Shown piece after piece: positions 1-12,467 of a stretch of DNA of 64,000 bases. Every line of letters begins with the position of its first letter. Positions within the stretch are counted from its first letter, which is position 1. The stretch is from Eledone cirrhosa (lineage: Eukaryota): contig OZ024752.1 of NCBI GenBank assembly GCA_964016885.1, positions 13,454,001-13,518,000 of the forward strand. The letters are read 5' to 3'. A program made the translations under genes and the position numbers. The notes under the pieces were generated by a model. That model did no database searches and was not told where the DNA came from. It worked only from the letters and a program-made list of their open reading frames with translations.

Positions 1-97
<97 letters not shown>

Positions 98-157
98 GTA
101 TATATATATGTATATATATATATATATGTATATATATGTATATATATATATATATAC

Positions 158-197
<40 letters not shown>

Positions 198-209
198 ATA
201 TATATATAC

Positions 210-276
<67 letters not shown>

Positions 277-312
277 CGTATATATATATATATATGTATG
301 TATATATATATG

Positions 313-342
<30 letters not shown>
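1..342. repeat. (TA)n microsatellite with TG interruptions
   Basis: Direct reading. The YI-repeat ORFs here are artefacts. Confidence 0.98.
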
Positions 343-1578
<1,236 letters not shown>

Positions 1579-1580
<2 letters not shown>

Positions 1581-2645
1581 ATAAAGATTTACATATACAC
1601 AAACTAAACAAAGTCACAGATATATATGTGGCCACCATTCACGATGTGGCTCAATGAAGAATTAATAAATTAAATAATCAGAGCAATATATCATAAAGTA
1701 TGTCCATAGAATCATTTCATAAAATATAATATATACACCATCCTCTCCCAATTAGTATAATTAACCACATAAAAATTCAATTAGACCAGTCTATAAGAAT
1801 AAAAGCTCCTATGAAGAAATATTTGATAAATAATCGACAGCACCCTTTTTTATTTATCAAATATTTCTTCATAGGAGCCCTTATTCTTATAGCTTGTCTA
1901 ATTGACCTTTTATGTGGTTAATTATGCTAATTTGGAGAGGAAATGGTGTATATATTATATTTTATCAAATGATTCTATGGACATACTTTATGATATATTG
2001 CTCTGATTATTTAATTTATTAATTCTTCATTGAGCCACACCGTGAATGGTGGCCACATATATATCTGTGACTTTGTTTAGTTTGTGTATATGTAAATCTT
2101 TATATTTATTAATCTTCCATTAGGTTGAGATGCAATTTGGGCAATATTGGGCTGCGCTTTCTAGCAACCAGCCCACTCGCTGTAAGCAACTAATCACATT
2201 CTTTATAACTTGACCTCTGCCACGTCACGATTCCTAGCCATTTAAGAATCTATTTCTGGCGGGGATCGCTTTGGAAAATTACCTGTCCTATGAGTTTGTC
2301 TCCTGATGAGTTCGAAACTCGAGATTGTATGCTTAATAGGATATCACAAAACGCGAACGAAACCCCAGGGTAGGGACATAATCTTGGTAAGAGTGTACGC
2401 ATTTCTTCTAACTTTAAATTTATACCTAATTGTGTATGGTTGACGGTATATTTAGTCGATTTCTACATGCTGTTGAAATGTTTGTTAAATATTCTATTGC
2501 GGTCGGCCGCGAAGAGGCTGCTGTCGTTTATTTATCAAATATTTCTTCATAGGAGCTTTTATTCTTATAGCCTGGTCTAATTGAATTTTTATATGGTTAA
2601 TTATGCTAATTGGGAGAGGAAATGGTGTATATATTTTATGAAATG
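1579..2645 (+). mobile_element. Non-coding Penelope/retrozyme-like insert: 5' inverted repeat, then a hammerhead-containing unit, then a partial direct repeat
   Basis: 1579-1833 is the reverse complement of 1850-2105. 2528-2645 is a direct repeat of ~1850-1972. A hammerhead lies at 2297-2378. Confidence 0.75.
2297..2378 (+). ncRNA. Type I hammerhead ribozyme
   Basis: Stem I tgtctc/gggaca, CTGATGA 2303-2309, stem II gttcg/cgaac, GAAA 2359-2362, short stem III ccc-ca-ggg, cleavage triplet GUA. Confidence 0.85.
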
Positions 2646-2965
2646 GGGAGACATGATATGAAGGTTAAAAAACACTTGTGAATAGTGAAGTTTTAAATCA
2701 ACATATCATATGTTGATTTAAAACTTCATTATTCATAAGTGTTTTTTAACCTTCATATCATGTCTCCCTATTTTATCTGACGAAAACTCAAATATCATCT
2801 CATGATGATATTTGTTTTTGAAATGCGTATAATAAAATACTTGGAACGCTTTTAACCATCTTTTGATCTTATATTATATATACTCCAGTCCTACAAACTG
2901 TAGAGTAATATTTATCGATATTTGCATTGCTTTATTGTACTACAACAAAACTCACCTCCTACATT
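2646..2965 (+). mobile_element. Fold-back hairpin followed by a hammerhead, ending in (TA)n
   Basis: Near-perfect palindrome at 2647-2768, immediately followed by the hammerhead at 2769-2839. Confidence 0.7.
2769..2839 (+). ncRNA. Type I hammerhead ribozyme (minimal stem III)
   Basis: Stem I tattttat/ataaaata (8 bp), CTGACGA 2777-2783, stem II containing caaatatcatc/gatgatatttg, GAAA 2820-2823, tgcgta, UA. Confidence 0.85.
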
Positions 2966-3079
2966 ATATATATATATATATAGAAGGATTTTAATGGATA
3001 CAGTTTAGTTAAAAGGAGTACACTTGAAAGCTGTCCATCTACTGTGTGTAATATTTATATTACAACACTACGGAAAATA

Positions 3080-3117
<38 letters not shown>

Positions 3118-3130
3118 GGAAAAAAATGAA

Positions 3131-3297
3131 ACGAAATTTCATTTCCCACTCTTAGTACGGCTGTTACTTAAATATAAGTATGTACACGTACATACATATA
3201 TGTATACAGACGTACAGTAGTATGTATGTATATACATACATGCACACATATATATATATGTACGTATGGATTCACCGAACATTTATTATAATGCTCG
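3131..3297 (-). mobile_element. Terminal fragment of the same family as the 9322-9792 insert
   Basis: 3175-3297 closely matches 9322-9445, and 3133-3230 is the reverse complement of ~9695-9790. Flanked by (TA)n. Confidence 0.75.
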
Positions 3298-3601
3298 TAT
3301 ATATGTATATATGCGTGTGTGTGTGTGTATGTATATACATACATACAACAGCATAGATAATTCTGTCCTTCCGTGTAAATAAGATTGGGCTGTCATATCC
3401 GGCCGGTCGAGTAACCAGGTTGTACTGGAGTTGGTGTTTTAAGCGGCCCTCTTTCACTGTTGTCATTGGTGATGTTAAGATAACAACTATCACAACTTGT
3501 AAGTCATAGTTAGGGACAATTCGAGGGACGGAGACTGATTGCTGCATTAAAGCGCTAAAATAAAATTATAACAAAACACAAACATAAATGCTAGCGACAT
3601 C

Positions 3602-4765
3602 GGTGGTGGTGGTGGTGGTGGTGGTGGTGGTAGTGGTGGTGGTGGTGGTGGTGGTGGTAGTGGTGGTGGTGGTAGTGGTGGTGGTGGTGGTGGTGGTGGT
3701 AGTGGTGGTGGTGGTAGTGGTGGTGGTGGTGGTAGTGGTGGTGTGTGGTAGTATTGGTGGTAGTATTGGTGATGTGTGGTAGTATTGGTGGTAGTGGTAG
3801 TAGTGGTGTGTGGTAGTATTGGTGGTAGTGGTCGCGGTGGTGTGTGGCAGTATTGGTGGTAGTGGTAGTGGTGGTGTGTGGTAGTATTGGTGGTAGTGGT
3901 AGTGGTGGTGTGTGGTAGTATTGGTGGTAGTGGTGGTGTGTGGTAGTAATGGTGGTAGTGGTCGCGGTGGTGTGTGGCAGTATTGGTGGTAGTGGTAGTG
4001 GTGGTGTGTGGCAGTATTGGTGGTAGTGGTAGTGGTGGTGTGTGGTAGTATTGGTGGTAGTGGTAGTGGTGGTGTGTGGTAGTATTGGTGGTAGTGGTCG
4101 TGGTGGTGTGTGGTAGTATTGGTGGTAGTGCTAGTGGTGGTGGTGGTGGTGTGTGGTAGTATTGGTGGTAGTGGTAGTGGTGGTGTGTAGTAGTATTGGT
4201 GGTAGTGGTAGTGGTGGTGTGTGGTAGTATTAGTGGTAGTGGTGTTGATAGCGACAGTAGTGGTGGTGGCTGTGGTAGCTATGGTAGCGGCAGCGGTGGT
4301 GGTGGTGGTGGCTCTGGTGGTGTGTGGTAGTATTGGTGTCAGTGGTAGTGGTGGTGTGTGGCAGTAGTGGTGTGTGTGGTAGTAGTGGTGGTGGTGGTGG
4401 TAGTATTGGTGGTGGTAGTAGTGATGTGTGTGTGGTGGTAATAGAGGTGGTGTGTGTGTGTGTGTGTGTGGTAGTGATGGTGGTAATAGTAGTGGTGGTG
4501 TTGGCGATAGCATTAATGACTTTGTTGATAGTGGTTGTGACGGAAGTGGTTGTGGTGGTGGTAGTAGTGCCGGTACGTGTGTGTGTGGTAGTGCTGGTTG
4601 TGTTGATGGTAGTATTGGTGGTGGCTGTGGTGGTGGTGGTATTGGTGGCAGTGTTGGTGGCAGCAGTGGTGGTTTGCGTGTGGTAGTGGTGGTAGTTTTG
4701 ATGGTGGTGGTGGTGATATTGGCGGTGTTGGTGGTAGCTGTGGGAGTAGAGGTGTTGGTGGTGTA
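3602..4765. repeat. (GGT/GTA)n low-complexity tract with a degenerate minisatellite (ggtgtgtggtagtattggtggtagtggtagt)
   Basis: Direct reading. The His/Thr/Pro and poly-Val ORFs are artefacts. Confidence 0.95.
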
Positions 4766-4969
4766 AATTATCTTGTTAGTGATACTGGTGGCGGGTGTGT
4801 GGCTGGTGTAAGTGTTCTACGCGCTGTTGGGGGGCGGATATAAGTGTCCTCATTTAATAGTCTTATGATAAAATGTATTCTAGACATGAAAACGTCGCTT
4901 TTCTTTATCGGGCGTAATGTATCTGGGACTGCATTATCATTCCAAGTGTAAGTAGTCAGTGAATTATGA

Positions 4970-5395
4970 GGATTAGCAGAATCAGTAGAGCGTTGGACAC
5001 CCTGCTTCGTGGCGGGGAGTTACGGCCCTTTACGTTCTGATTTCAAATCCCGCCGAGGTTAACTTTGCCTTTCATCCTTACGGGGTCGATAAAATAAAGC
5101 ACCAGTAATACACTGAGATCGATATAATCGACTTCCCCCCAAAATAAATTGTTGGCCTTGTGCCTAAATCAGAAATCTTTATCTACTCATGATTTAATCG
5201 AAAGTGTCCAAGCTGGTTCCTTGTCATCGTTACGGCCCTTTATGTTCTGGGTTCAAATCCTGCCGAGGTTAGCTTTGCCTTTCATCCTTACGGGGTAGAT
5301 AAAATAATGTACCAGTAACATACTAGGGGTCGATATAATCGACTTTGCCCTCCCTCAAAAATTGTTGGCCTTGTGCCTATAGTAGAAATTATTAT
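4970..5395 (+). mobile_element. Two tandem copies of tRNA-derived SINE family A (second copy 5'-truncated)
   Basis: B-box-like gttcaaatcc, central gaggttaactttgcctttcatccttacggggtcgataaaataaagtaccag (Meta/MESC-like domain, from memory), 3' ggccttgtgcctaaa. Many further copies occur in the window. Confidence 0.9.
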
Positions 5396-5934
5396 TTAAC
5401 TCTTTAGCATCTACCTTACTCTATATTTACTATTATATTTTCACATTAAAGGCTTTACCTAACATAATTATCTCACATAATATAGAATCTATGAGATTTA
5501 GATATTATTTATTTTGAGAACAATACCTTAACAGCAGTATGAGTGGCCAGTTACAGCTGGTTTGAACAGAAAGAGATGAGAGAATTCTGGTTGGATACGG
5601 CTGGTTTAAATGCTGAAGGGTTAAAGTAGATTTGACAAAGATTTCCAGCTGATTGGATCACAACATCGTTATGGTGGTGTAGCTGGTGGAACTGTGGACA
5701 CAGCATGGCCGAATGGTTTTAGAAGATGGCTTCACAATCATTAGGGCCCTGGTTCAATCTATAAAATCGAGTAGACCCATGTATTGTAAGTGAAATATGG
5801 TAGTCAGAAACTATTTGGAAGACCCTCCAATGGACTGTACCTTGTCGTTGTGTCGAACATATTGCCTCACGCTGAATTTCCCTAATAATCAAATTTAGGG
5901 TACAGATGTCTGTCAGATTCATATGTATAATATA

Positions 5935-6272
5935 TATTCTCGGTCCCCAAATAATGGGGGGTGGGGGTGTTAGCTGAAATTCTTATACGTGTGATGTGGA
6001 TGGTTAAATAGGCGGGGCTGTTGGAATAAATAGGGGTGGGGTTAGGGTGGGGTGTGGAAATCGGTAATTCTATAGTGTACGTTCGTAAATATGGGACTTC
6101 TTGCATTGTTCTTTTTTTTGCCATATATAATGCTTTTTAAATGTAAAATAAAATTATTATTAGATTCTCTAGCTGCTGTATCGATATGAATCACTTACAA
6201 TAAATTTTCGCCAGAGATAGATTAACAAAATCTAATAAGCGGTGGGGCAACGATTATTCAAGACCTGAGAGT
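5935..6272. mobile_element. Degenerate TIR element (MITE-like); relative at ~55355-55932
   Basis: Imperfect TIR tattctcggtccccaaataat / attattcaagacctgagagta. The similar end acgattattcgaggccggagagta lies at ~55908-55931, and both share the internal motif gga(a)aatcggtaatt. Confidence 0.45.
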
Positions 6273-6301
6273 ATGTATATATAAAATACATAATACATAA
6301 A

Positions 6302-6445
6302 ATCAGTTACAACAGTGACATTACATCGATACTTAAGTTTCGTTGAGTTTAACGCTAATTCATCCAGTGTGCCATGTTGGATGAACCTGCGTTAAACCCA
6401 ACGAAACTTAAGTATCTGCGTAATGTCACTGTTGTGTCAACTGAT
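6302..6445. repeat. Long imperfect hairpin containing the 3' half of a hammerhead-like motif
   Basis: Arms acaacagtgacattac..gatacttaagtttcgttg / caacgaaacttaagtatc..gtaatgtcactgttgt. It contains gttgg..ccaac-GAAA-cttaag-TA but no CTGANGA. Confidence 0.75.
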
Positions 6446-6670
6446 AATATGTAACTGGTCCCATCACCCCTTCCATTTATTCCAGCCTCCCCCACTCCAC
6501 GCACTTATACGAATTTAAGCATATGTCCAACCCTACCCCCGCTTATCCATCCACCCCTATTATTTTGGACCCCTATTATTTCATTTAAAAAAAATCATCA
6601 TGTTGATTTCTTACAATAGGATGAGGTAGAAAGAAAAAGAAAAAAAGAAAAGGCGTAAAATGGGCTAGAG

Positions 6671-6889
6671 CAGGCATGTCAAACTGAGGGTCCCTCGAGC
6701 GCCATACTGGTCACATATGTGTTGTCTGAGAGCTACACATGACAACTAATTGCGCACATTACAACTAATATTTTTGATTTTATATTACGAAGATAAAACA
6801 TGCTCGCACTGTAAAAACCTTTGTGCCGGCCGCAGGTGGGCTTGTAAAGGGCTGCATGCGGGTCGCGGGCCGCATGTTTGAAATGCCTG
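6671..6889. mobile_element. hAT (Charlie-like) MITE
   Basis: TIRs caggcatgtcaaac / gtttgaaatgcctg. The 8-bp flanks ggctagag / atttagag match at 5 of 8 positions (NNNTAGAG type). Confidence 0.75.
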
Positions 6890-7269
6890 ATTTAGAGGCT
6901 GCCATACCCTAAGAGTAGTGAGCTATCATATATAAGAATAAGAAATTCTTTCTATTTGCTACAGTGAGTCATCAGATTAGAATATTTTAAATTATTCCAC
7001 TAGCAATTATTAGTTTTATGATGTCCTATATTGCTTTGTGAATGATGGCTTAAATAATGCTTTTGTTAAATATCTTTTTGTTCTAATCAACTTCCCTTAT
7101 TTCCGTTTACTTATTTTTGTTGTTGTTTTTAATATTACTAATGTAATGACTTTCTTTGTCATCCTCGTTTCTTTCTCTTACGTCAATAAATACTCAACCA
7201 ATTATAAACCTTTACCTCCTACTCACACAGACAATAAATGTAATATCTCTCTCTCTATATATAAATATA

Positions 7270-7785
7270 CTAGCTGAGGTACCCGGCTTCGCCCGGGAGA
7301 ATATTTAAGAGAAGATGGATAAAAGCGAAAACGACTGTATTGGATGTGTTCTCTGGTTTGAGGTGAGACCCTAATGTGTGCGTGTGTGAGTGTGTGTGAG
7401 AGAGACATAAAAATCAACAACCATAAAACTTCCTTATTGGGCGTAAACTGCCGATTAAATGGTAGCATTGGCCTTGGATTTTAAATGTGAAATAACCATA
7501 GTCAGTATGATCGAAAAAGATCATACTGACTATGTTATTTCACAACAACGCAGCAATATACCGCATAACATTACTTTTGAAGTGTTTAACTTCGTTAGTA
7601 CGGTATGTAAGTAGTATATGGATTAAGGCTGGAAGGTAGATTAATTTCAAATAGTATCAATTTTTCTTTGTTCTGTAAAATCAAAGACTGTGAAACGACT
7701 TTATAAACGCTAACGCCATATTGTTAAACCTTCTTATAGTTCAAAGGATCTATAGTTTAAGCCGTTTCTAGACTTTCGTGGATGT

Positions 7786-7821
<36 letters not shown>

Positions 7822-7982
7822 GAATATCTAACACTTTAATTGTATCTCTGTATAACGGTTTATCTCTCTCTTTCTGTCTCTCCCTCTGTGTATTTCTCTC
7901 TTTAGACGTGTGTGTGTAGTTTTCATGTGACTCAACCAACCAACCAGCGAACCGATAACCATCTCTCTTTTATATATATAGA
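7270..7982 (-). mobile_element. Non-autonomous Helitron
   Basis: The minus strand starts TCtatatatataaaagagagatg and ends with hairpin cccgggcgaagccggg plus tacctcagCTAG. It is inserted between A and T. Confidence 0.75.
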
Positions 7983-8639
7983 TGAAGAGGGATGGGCTTA
8001 GACTGCGCAAGAAATGCAGTATGCTACGCCTCTATCGGGAGTTAGGGGACCATACCTATACATATAATTATGAAACGAAGCTTATCGAATAGAATTGACA
8101 CAGGTTCGGTTGTTTTCTCACTCACTCAATAATTTAATTAAGTCTGTATTATTAAAATACAAACCCAACCGATTACTGTGTACATTTATACGTTAATCAG
8201 TAAGGAGAATCTCTTCGCGTGGGTAGGAAATTAGAGTTAGCCTGACCAAAGCACCAGTTTTTACGGTTCCGGTCTGTCAGTGGTGGTGTGAATGGAACCC
8301 CTTGTGCAGAAATTAGGTAATGTTAGTATACATTACGTAAGTTGGCAGGAATCGCATCCTCAGCGGGCGATTGCCTCCCTGGAATGGACAGGTCCGTATG
8401 GCGAGATAGTACTCCACGCTGATTGACAAAAGTGAATGTATTAGTAATCCTCAACATCCAATGACACGTGACGTTACACCAGGAGCAGTGATCACAATTA
8501 AAAAAGGTAGAGTGTATGCATATTTATTTTATTACAGAAATAACTTCTACATGACTGGAACTATTTCATTCGGAAGAAACCACCATGTTGATTTCTAACA
8601 AATGAAACAGTCCTTGTTTTGTAGAAACCATTTCTGTAA

Positions 8640-8850
8640 TAATTGTTTCTACTTTAGGCACAAGGCCAACAATTTGAAGAGGCGGGGAAAGTCGATTAAA
8701 TCGATCCCAGTGCGTAATTGGTACTTATATTTTATCGACCCCGCAAGGATGAAAGGTAAAGCGGTATTTCAACTCAGAACGTAAAGGACCGTAACTCTAT
8801 GCAGGGAACCATGGTGTTCGATGCTCTACCGATACTGCCAATGCACCGCT
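8640..8850 (-). mobile_element. SINE family A
   Basis: Reverse complement of the family A consensus (tttctactttaggcacaaggcc..ttttatcgacccc..ggatgaaagg). Confidence 0.85.
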
Positions 8851-8909
8851 CTTATTATTTCTGAACTTATTCTGCATACGCCATATTGTCTTTCGCATGA
8901 AACATACAC

Positions 8910-9040
<131 letters not shown>

Positions 9041-9267
9041 CATATATAAGACGGTGTTGTAGTTTGCTTGAAGCATTGTGTTAGTGTATAAAGCAATATG
9101 TTAATTAAAAACAACGAAGATCTAAACCCTTCGGATCTAAACCCTTCGTCAGCAGACTTTAATGAGAGATTGACTGAGTTCGTGCGTATGTTGTTTAGAA
9201 TCCCGCCATTTTTTACAATAAAATTACAAGAAATTTCGAAAGTTAAATGTGATGGAGAGATGTGTTG

Positions 9268-9321
<54 letters not shown>

Positions 9322-9326
<5 letters not shown>

Positions 9327-9792
9327 TATGTACACGTACATACATATATGTATACAGACGTACAGTAGTATGTATATATATATACATACATGCACACATA
9401 TATATATGTACGTATGGATTCACCGAACATTTATTATAATGCTCGGTGTGTTTGTAAACAAACATCCCGTATTAAGCCGTAGTGTCTAGCAACCATCGTT
9501 GCTCGTTTGTTCAAAACTGACAAAGGAACGCTGTACTAGTTTCAAGCTTATTAGCTATCGTCAGCAACGTATACCTTCCTGCCAGATTGTTGAACGTATA
9601 TACTTACCTTATGCCTATTAATGGCTGAGTAGCCCAATTTGCATATCGAGTGGGTTAATCGGCCGGGTGCACCCAAAACGATAATACTACTATATATACA
9701 TACTACTGTACGTCTGAATACATATATGTATGTACGTGTACATACTTATATTTAAGTAACAGCCGTACTAAGAGTGGGAAATGAAATTTCCG
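9322..9792 (-). mobile_element. (TA)n-flanked inverted-repeat insert with a hammerhead
   Basis: 9322-9380 is inverted at ~9691-9749. A hammerhead lies at 9528-9570 on the minus strand. Confidence 0.75.
9528..9570 (-). ncRNA. Minimal type I hammerhead ribozyme
   Basis: Minus strand reads acgttg CTGACGA t-agct-aata-agct-t GAAA ctag TA cagcgt. Stem I is 6 bp and stem III is palindromic. Confidence 0.85.
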
Positions 9793-9811
9793 TATATATA
9801 TATATATATAT

Positions 9812-11804
9812 ATATTAGTAAAAAGGAAAAGAAACTGCTGACAAATTTTTCACAGTGAAAAATAGTTTAATTAGGAATAAGTATAAATTAATAATAAGTA
9901 TTAGTTAGTATTCAGTTTTAGTTTAAGTTTTTACCGGTTTTTACAGATTCTCTTGGCTAAGTTGTAGGGAATATTAATTTTAACGTGTCTAGGGTGGCAT
10001 GAATTGAAAAGAAGATATTGCTTGGAGTCGGGGGGCTTGTAGTATATGACTGTTTCTATGACACACTCATAAGCAAGGACTACCCTGCATCACTAATTGA
10101 TAATGGAATCCAACGTGCCCTAAAACTCAGTACCCAGGACCTTAGACACCCTAAAGTTAATCAACCGAAACTAAGAGCTCTTCCATACATATCCACACAC
10201 AACCCCCTCAATAATGAGGCCTTTGACAACATCCTCCAGAACATCCTTGCGTTAAAAGAGGACCATAGAATGAACCAAATCCTTCGAACACACGATATCA
10301 TAAAGAGCAAAAGACAATCTAAGTCAATGAAAAACATCCTAACACACGCCAAAGTACTGCCAACCACAACAACCAAACCCACGATAAAAAAATGCGATAG
10401 ACCCAACTGTGGTATATGCATCAACCTAATAGAGAGTTCGGAATTCTATTTCAAACAAGGACAACGTTTTATAGTAAAACACAATTTTACATGAGCATCA
10501 GAAAACCTAATATATGTATTAACTTGCTCAGGTTGTCGAGAACAATACATAGGCCAGACTAAAAACAGCCTCCGCCAACGCATGACTGTCCATATATCCC
10601 AAATCAAAATACGGGAATACAGAAAAATAGCACTGAGTGAACACATTGATACCTGTGCCACCCAAAATCATCCCAACTTTAGAATTTTTTCCCTCTACAA
10701 ATTTAAAGATAATGCCACCCACACGCAGCGCACCAGCAAGGAATCTCACTTTATTAACAAATACTCTCCCTGTCTAAACACTTCTTCCTAAGACGAACCC
10801 ACAACATACACACGTTGACAGACATACCTACATATTTGTACACAAGTTTCCCATACGGCAGGGCCTAATGGATTCCCCTTGCAGTACGTACAATCTGGAC
10901 TCACACACGCCTTGTTGTTATGATAATACTATACATCATTTCACCTCTTTTGTTATTGATGTTATTGATGCGCTTTTGAGAGAATCGTTTTTGCAAATGA
11001 CTGAAAATGTCGAATAATGTACGCCATTTTTACCAGTACCACAAAAATACTGGTCCTTCCACACACACACAAACACGCATGCACACTAACATACATACAG
11101 ACAGACACACACACACACACACACACACTTCTCCGTATAAGACAAGAGCTGAAAAATATGTTTCAACATGTTAAAATACCCCCCCCCCCCTCCTCCACAC
11201 ACACACACGTACACACAGATTCCTATTGACCGATTCATTTCCATTATCACAACAATCAACCACTTTGCTATTCACACACACATATTTGTCTTAATAGACA
11301 CCTGAACTGTTGACCTCTCAACATGGCTGCAACTCAATCAAGCGGAAAAGGACACTCTTCGACAAACCTACATTTTGCGCGAAACCAGTTCGCGCTAAAA
11401 TCAATTTAAACATTCGCGTAATTTCTACCGACCAATCAAAATTGTTTTGACTACAAGAATGTTTGCAACACGACTTGGCGCGAAATTTATAGTGCTTATT
11501 CACGTGACGTTCAACAACCAACCAAATTTTAATAACTTCCAAGCCACTTTTTTCACATAAAACAGGAAGAATTTCCAAAACTGATCAGATTAGAGCAAAC
11601 ATCACGGGCACTCTATCTCAAAATTATTTTTGAAAAGCATAAGAAATGCGCACCCAGTAAAAACTTAAAACTAAAACTGAATACTAACTAATACTTATTA
11701 CTAATTTATACTTATTCCTAATTAAACTATTTTTCACTGGGGAAAATTTTTCAGCATTTTCTTTTCCTTTTTACTAATATATCACAACTCGTGTGTCACA
11801 CCTC

Positions 11805-11810
<6 letters not shown>
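9812..11810 (+). mobile_element. 5'-truncated Penelope-like element (Neptune-like) with an inverted copy of its 3' end at the 5' side
   Basis: 9812-9940 is the reverse complement of ~11652-11781. An RT-thumb/GIY-YIG remnant lies inside. Both ends are in (TA)n. Confidence 0.85.
10060..10791 (+). pseudogene. Penelope-like RT thumb, Cys-rich linker and GIY-YIG endonuclease; one in-frame TGA
   Basis: One frame reads ..YPASLI..LPYISTHNP..KCDRPNCGIC..NFT*ASENLIYVLTCSGCREQYIGQTKNSLRQRMTVH..LSEH..KESHFINKYSPCLN. The TGA is at 10492-10494. Confidence 0.88.
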
Positions 11811-11856
<46 letters not shown>

Positions 11857-11862
<6 letters not shown>

Positions 11863-12447
11863 TAATATGTATGTGATGAAACACAGATACCAACACATCT
11901 GTATATATATTGCGAATATATATATATCTGCTCCTAGTTTGAGCTGCAAAGCCGCCTCATATACACGACTGTTATTTCTAGCAGTACGGTTATGAGACTA
12001 GTTAGATACTGTAAAGCCATGTGCGCCACGCAGTCTTTTAAATTATTTAGAAGTGAAGCATATCTATTTGTCTCTGGATGTTTACTGAGGAGAGCGGGGC
12101 ATGATATTCCTACACTTATTTAACTCGAAACATATTTGGATCTTAAAGTCTAAACTTATCTACGGAACAGGTTTGATTTTGAAATTTAAATGTGTCTAAA
12201 CATCACGGCCTTTTGCCAATACAGTTCGTCTCCGTTGATTTATTATTTTAAATCGATATGGACAAACTGTAGTATAATAATTAGTATACTTCAGTCTGGC
12301 TAAATTTTTCTTTCGCAATATATATACAGATGTGTTGGTATCTGTGTTTCATCACATACATATTAATTTATAAACTGCTCAGGGGATATATTTTTCCTCA
12401 TTCGAGCTGATTCCATTGTAAAAGAATTCATTACCTTATTAATTTTA
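11857..12447 (+). mobile_element. (TA)n-flanked inverted-repeat insert with a hammerhead
   Basis: 11857-11916 is inverted at ~12312-12371. A hammerhead lies at 12077-12204. Confidence 0.75.
12077..12204 (+). ncRNA. Type I hammerhead ribozyme with extended stem III
   Basis: Stem I gatgttta/taaacatc (8 bp), CTGAGGA 12085-12091, stem II gag/ctc, GAAA 12127-12130, stem III catattt/aaatgtg, cleavage triplet GUC. Confidence 0.85.
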
Positions 12448-12467
12448 TATATATATATATGTGTGTG

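Noticed and set aside
3566-4766. His/Thr/Pro-rich 315-aa ORF and Gly/Val-rich ORFs
   Set aside because: Products of a GGT/GTA low-complexity tract that is open in several frames.
8200-8500. More GC-rich segment that might be an exon or a LINE 5' UTR
   Set aside because: No ORF, second copy or motif I can support.
9110-9157. Minus-strand CTGACGA-aggg..tcc-GAA hammerhead-like start
   Set aside because: A short tandem duplication replaces GAAA/stem III and no stem I partner is visible.
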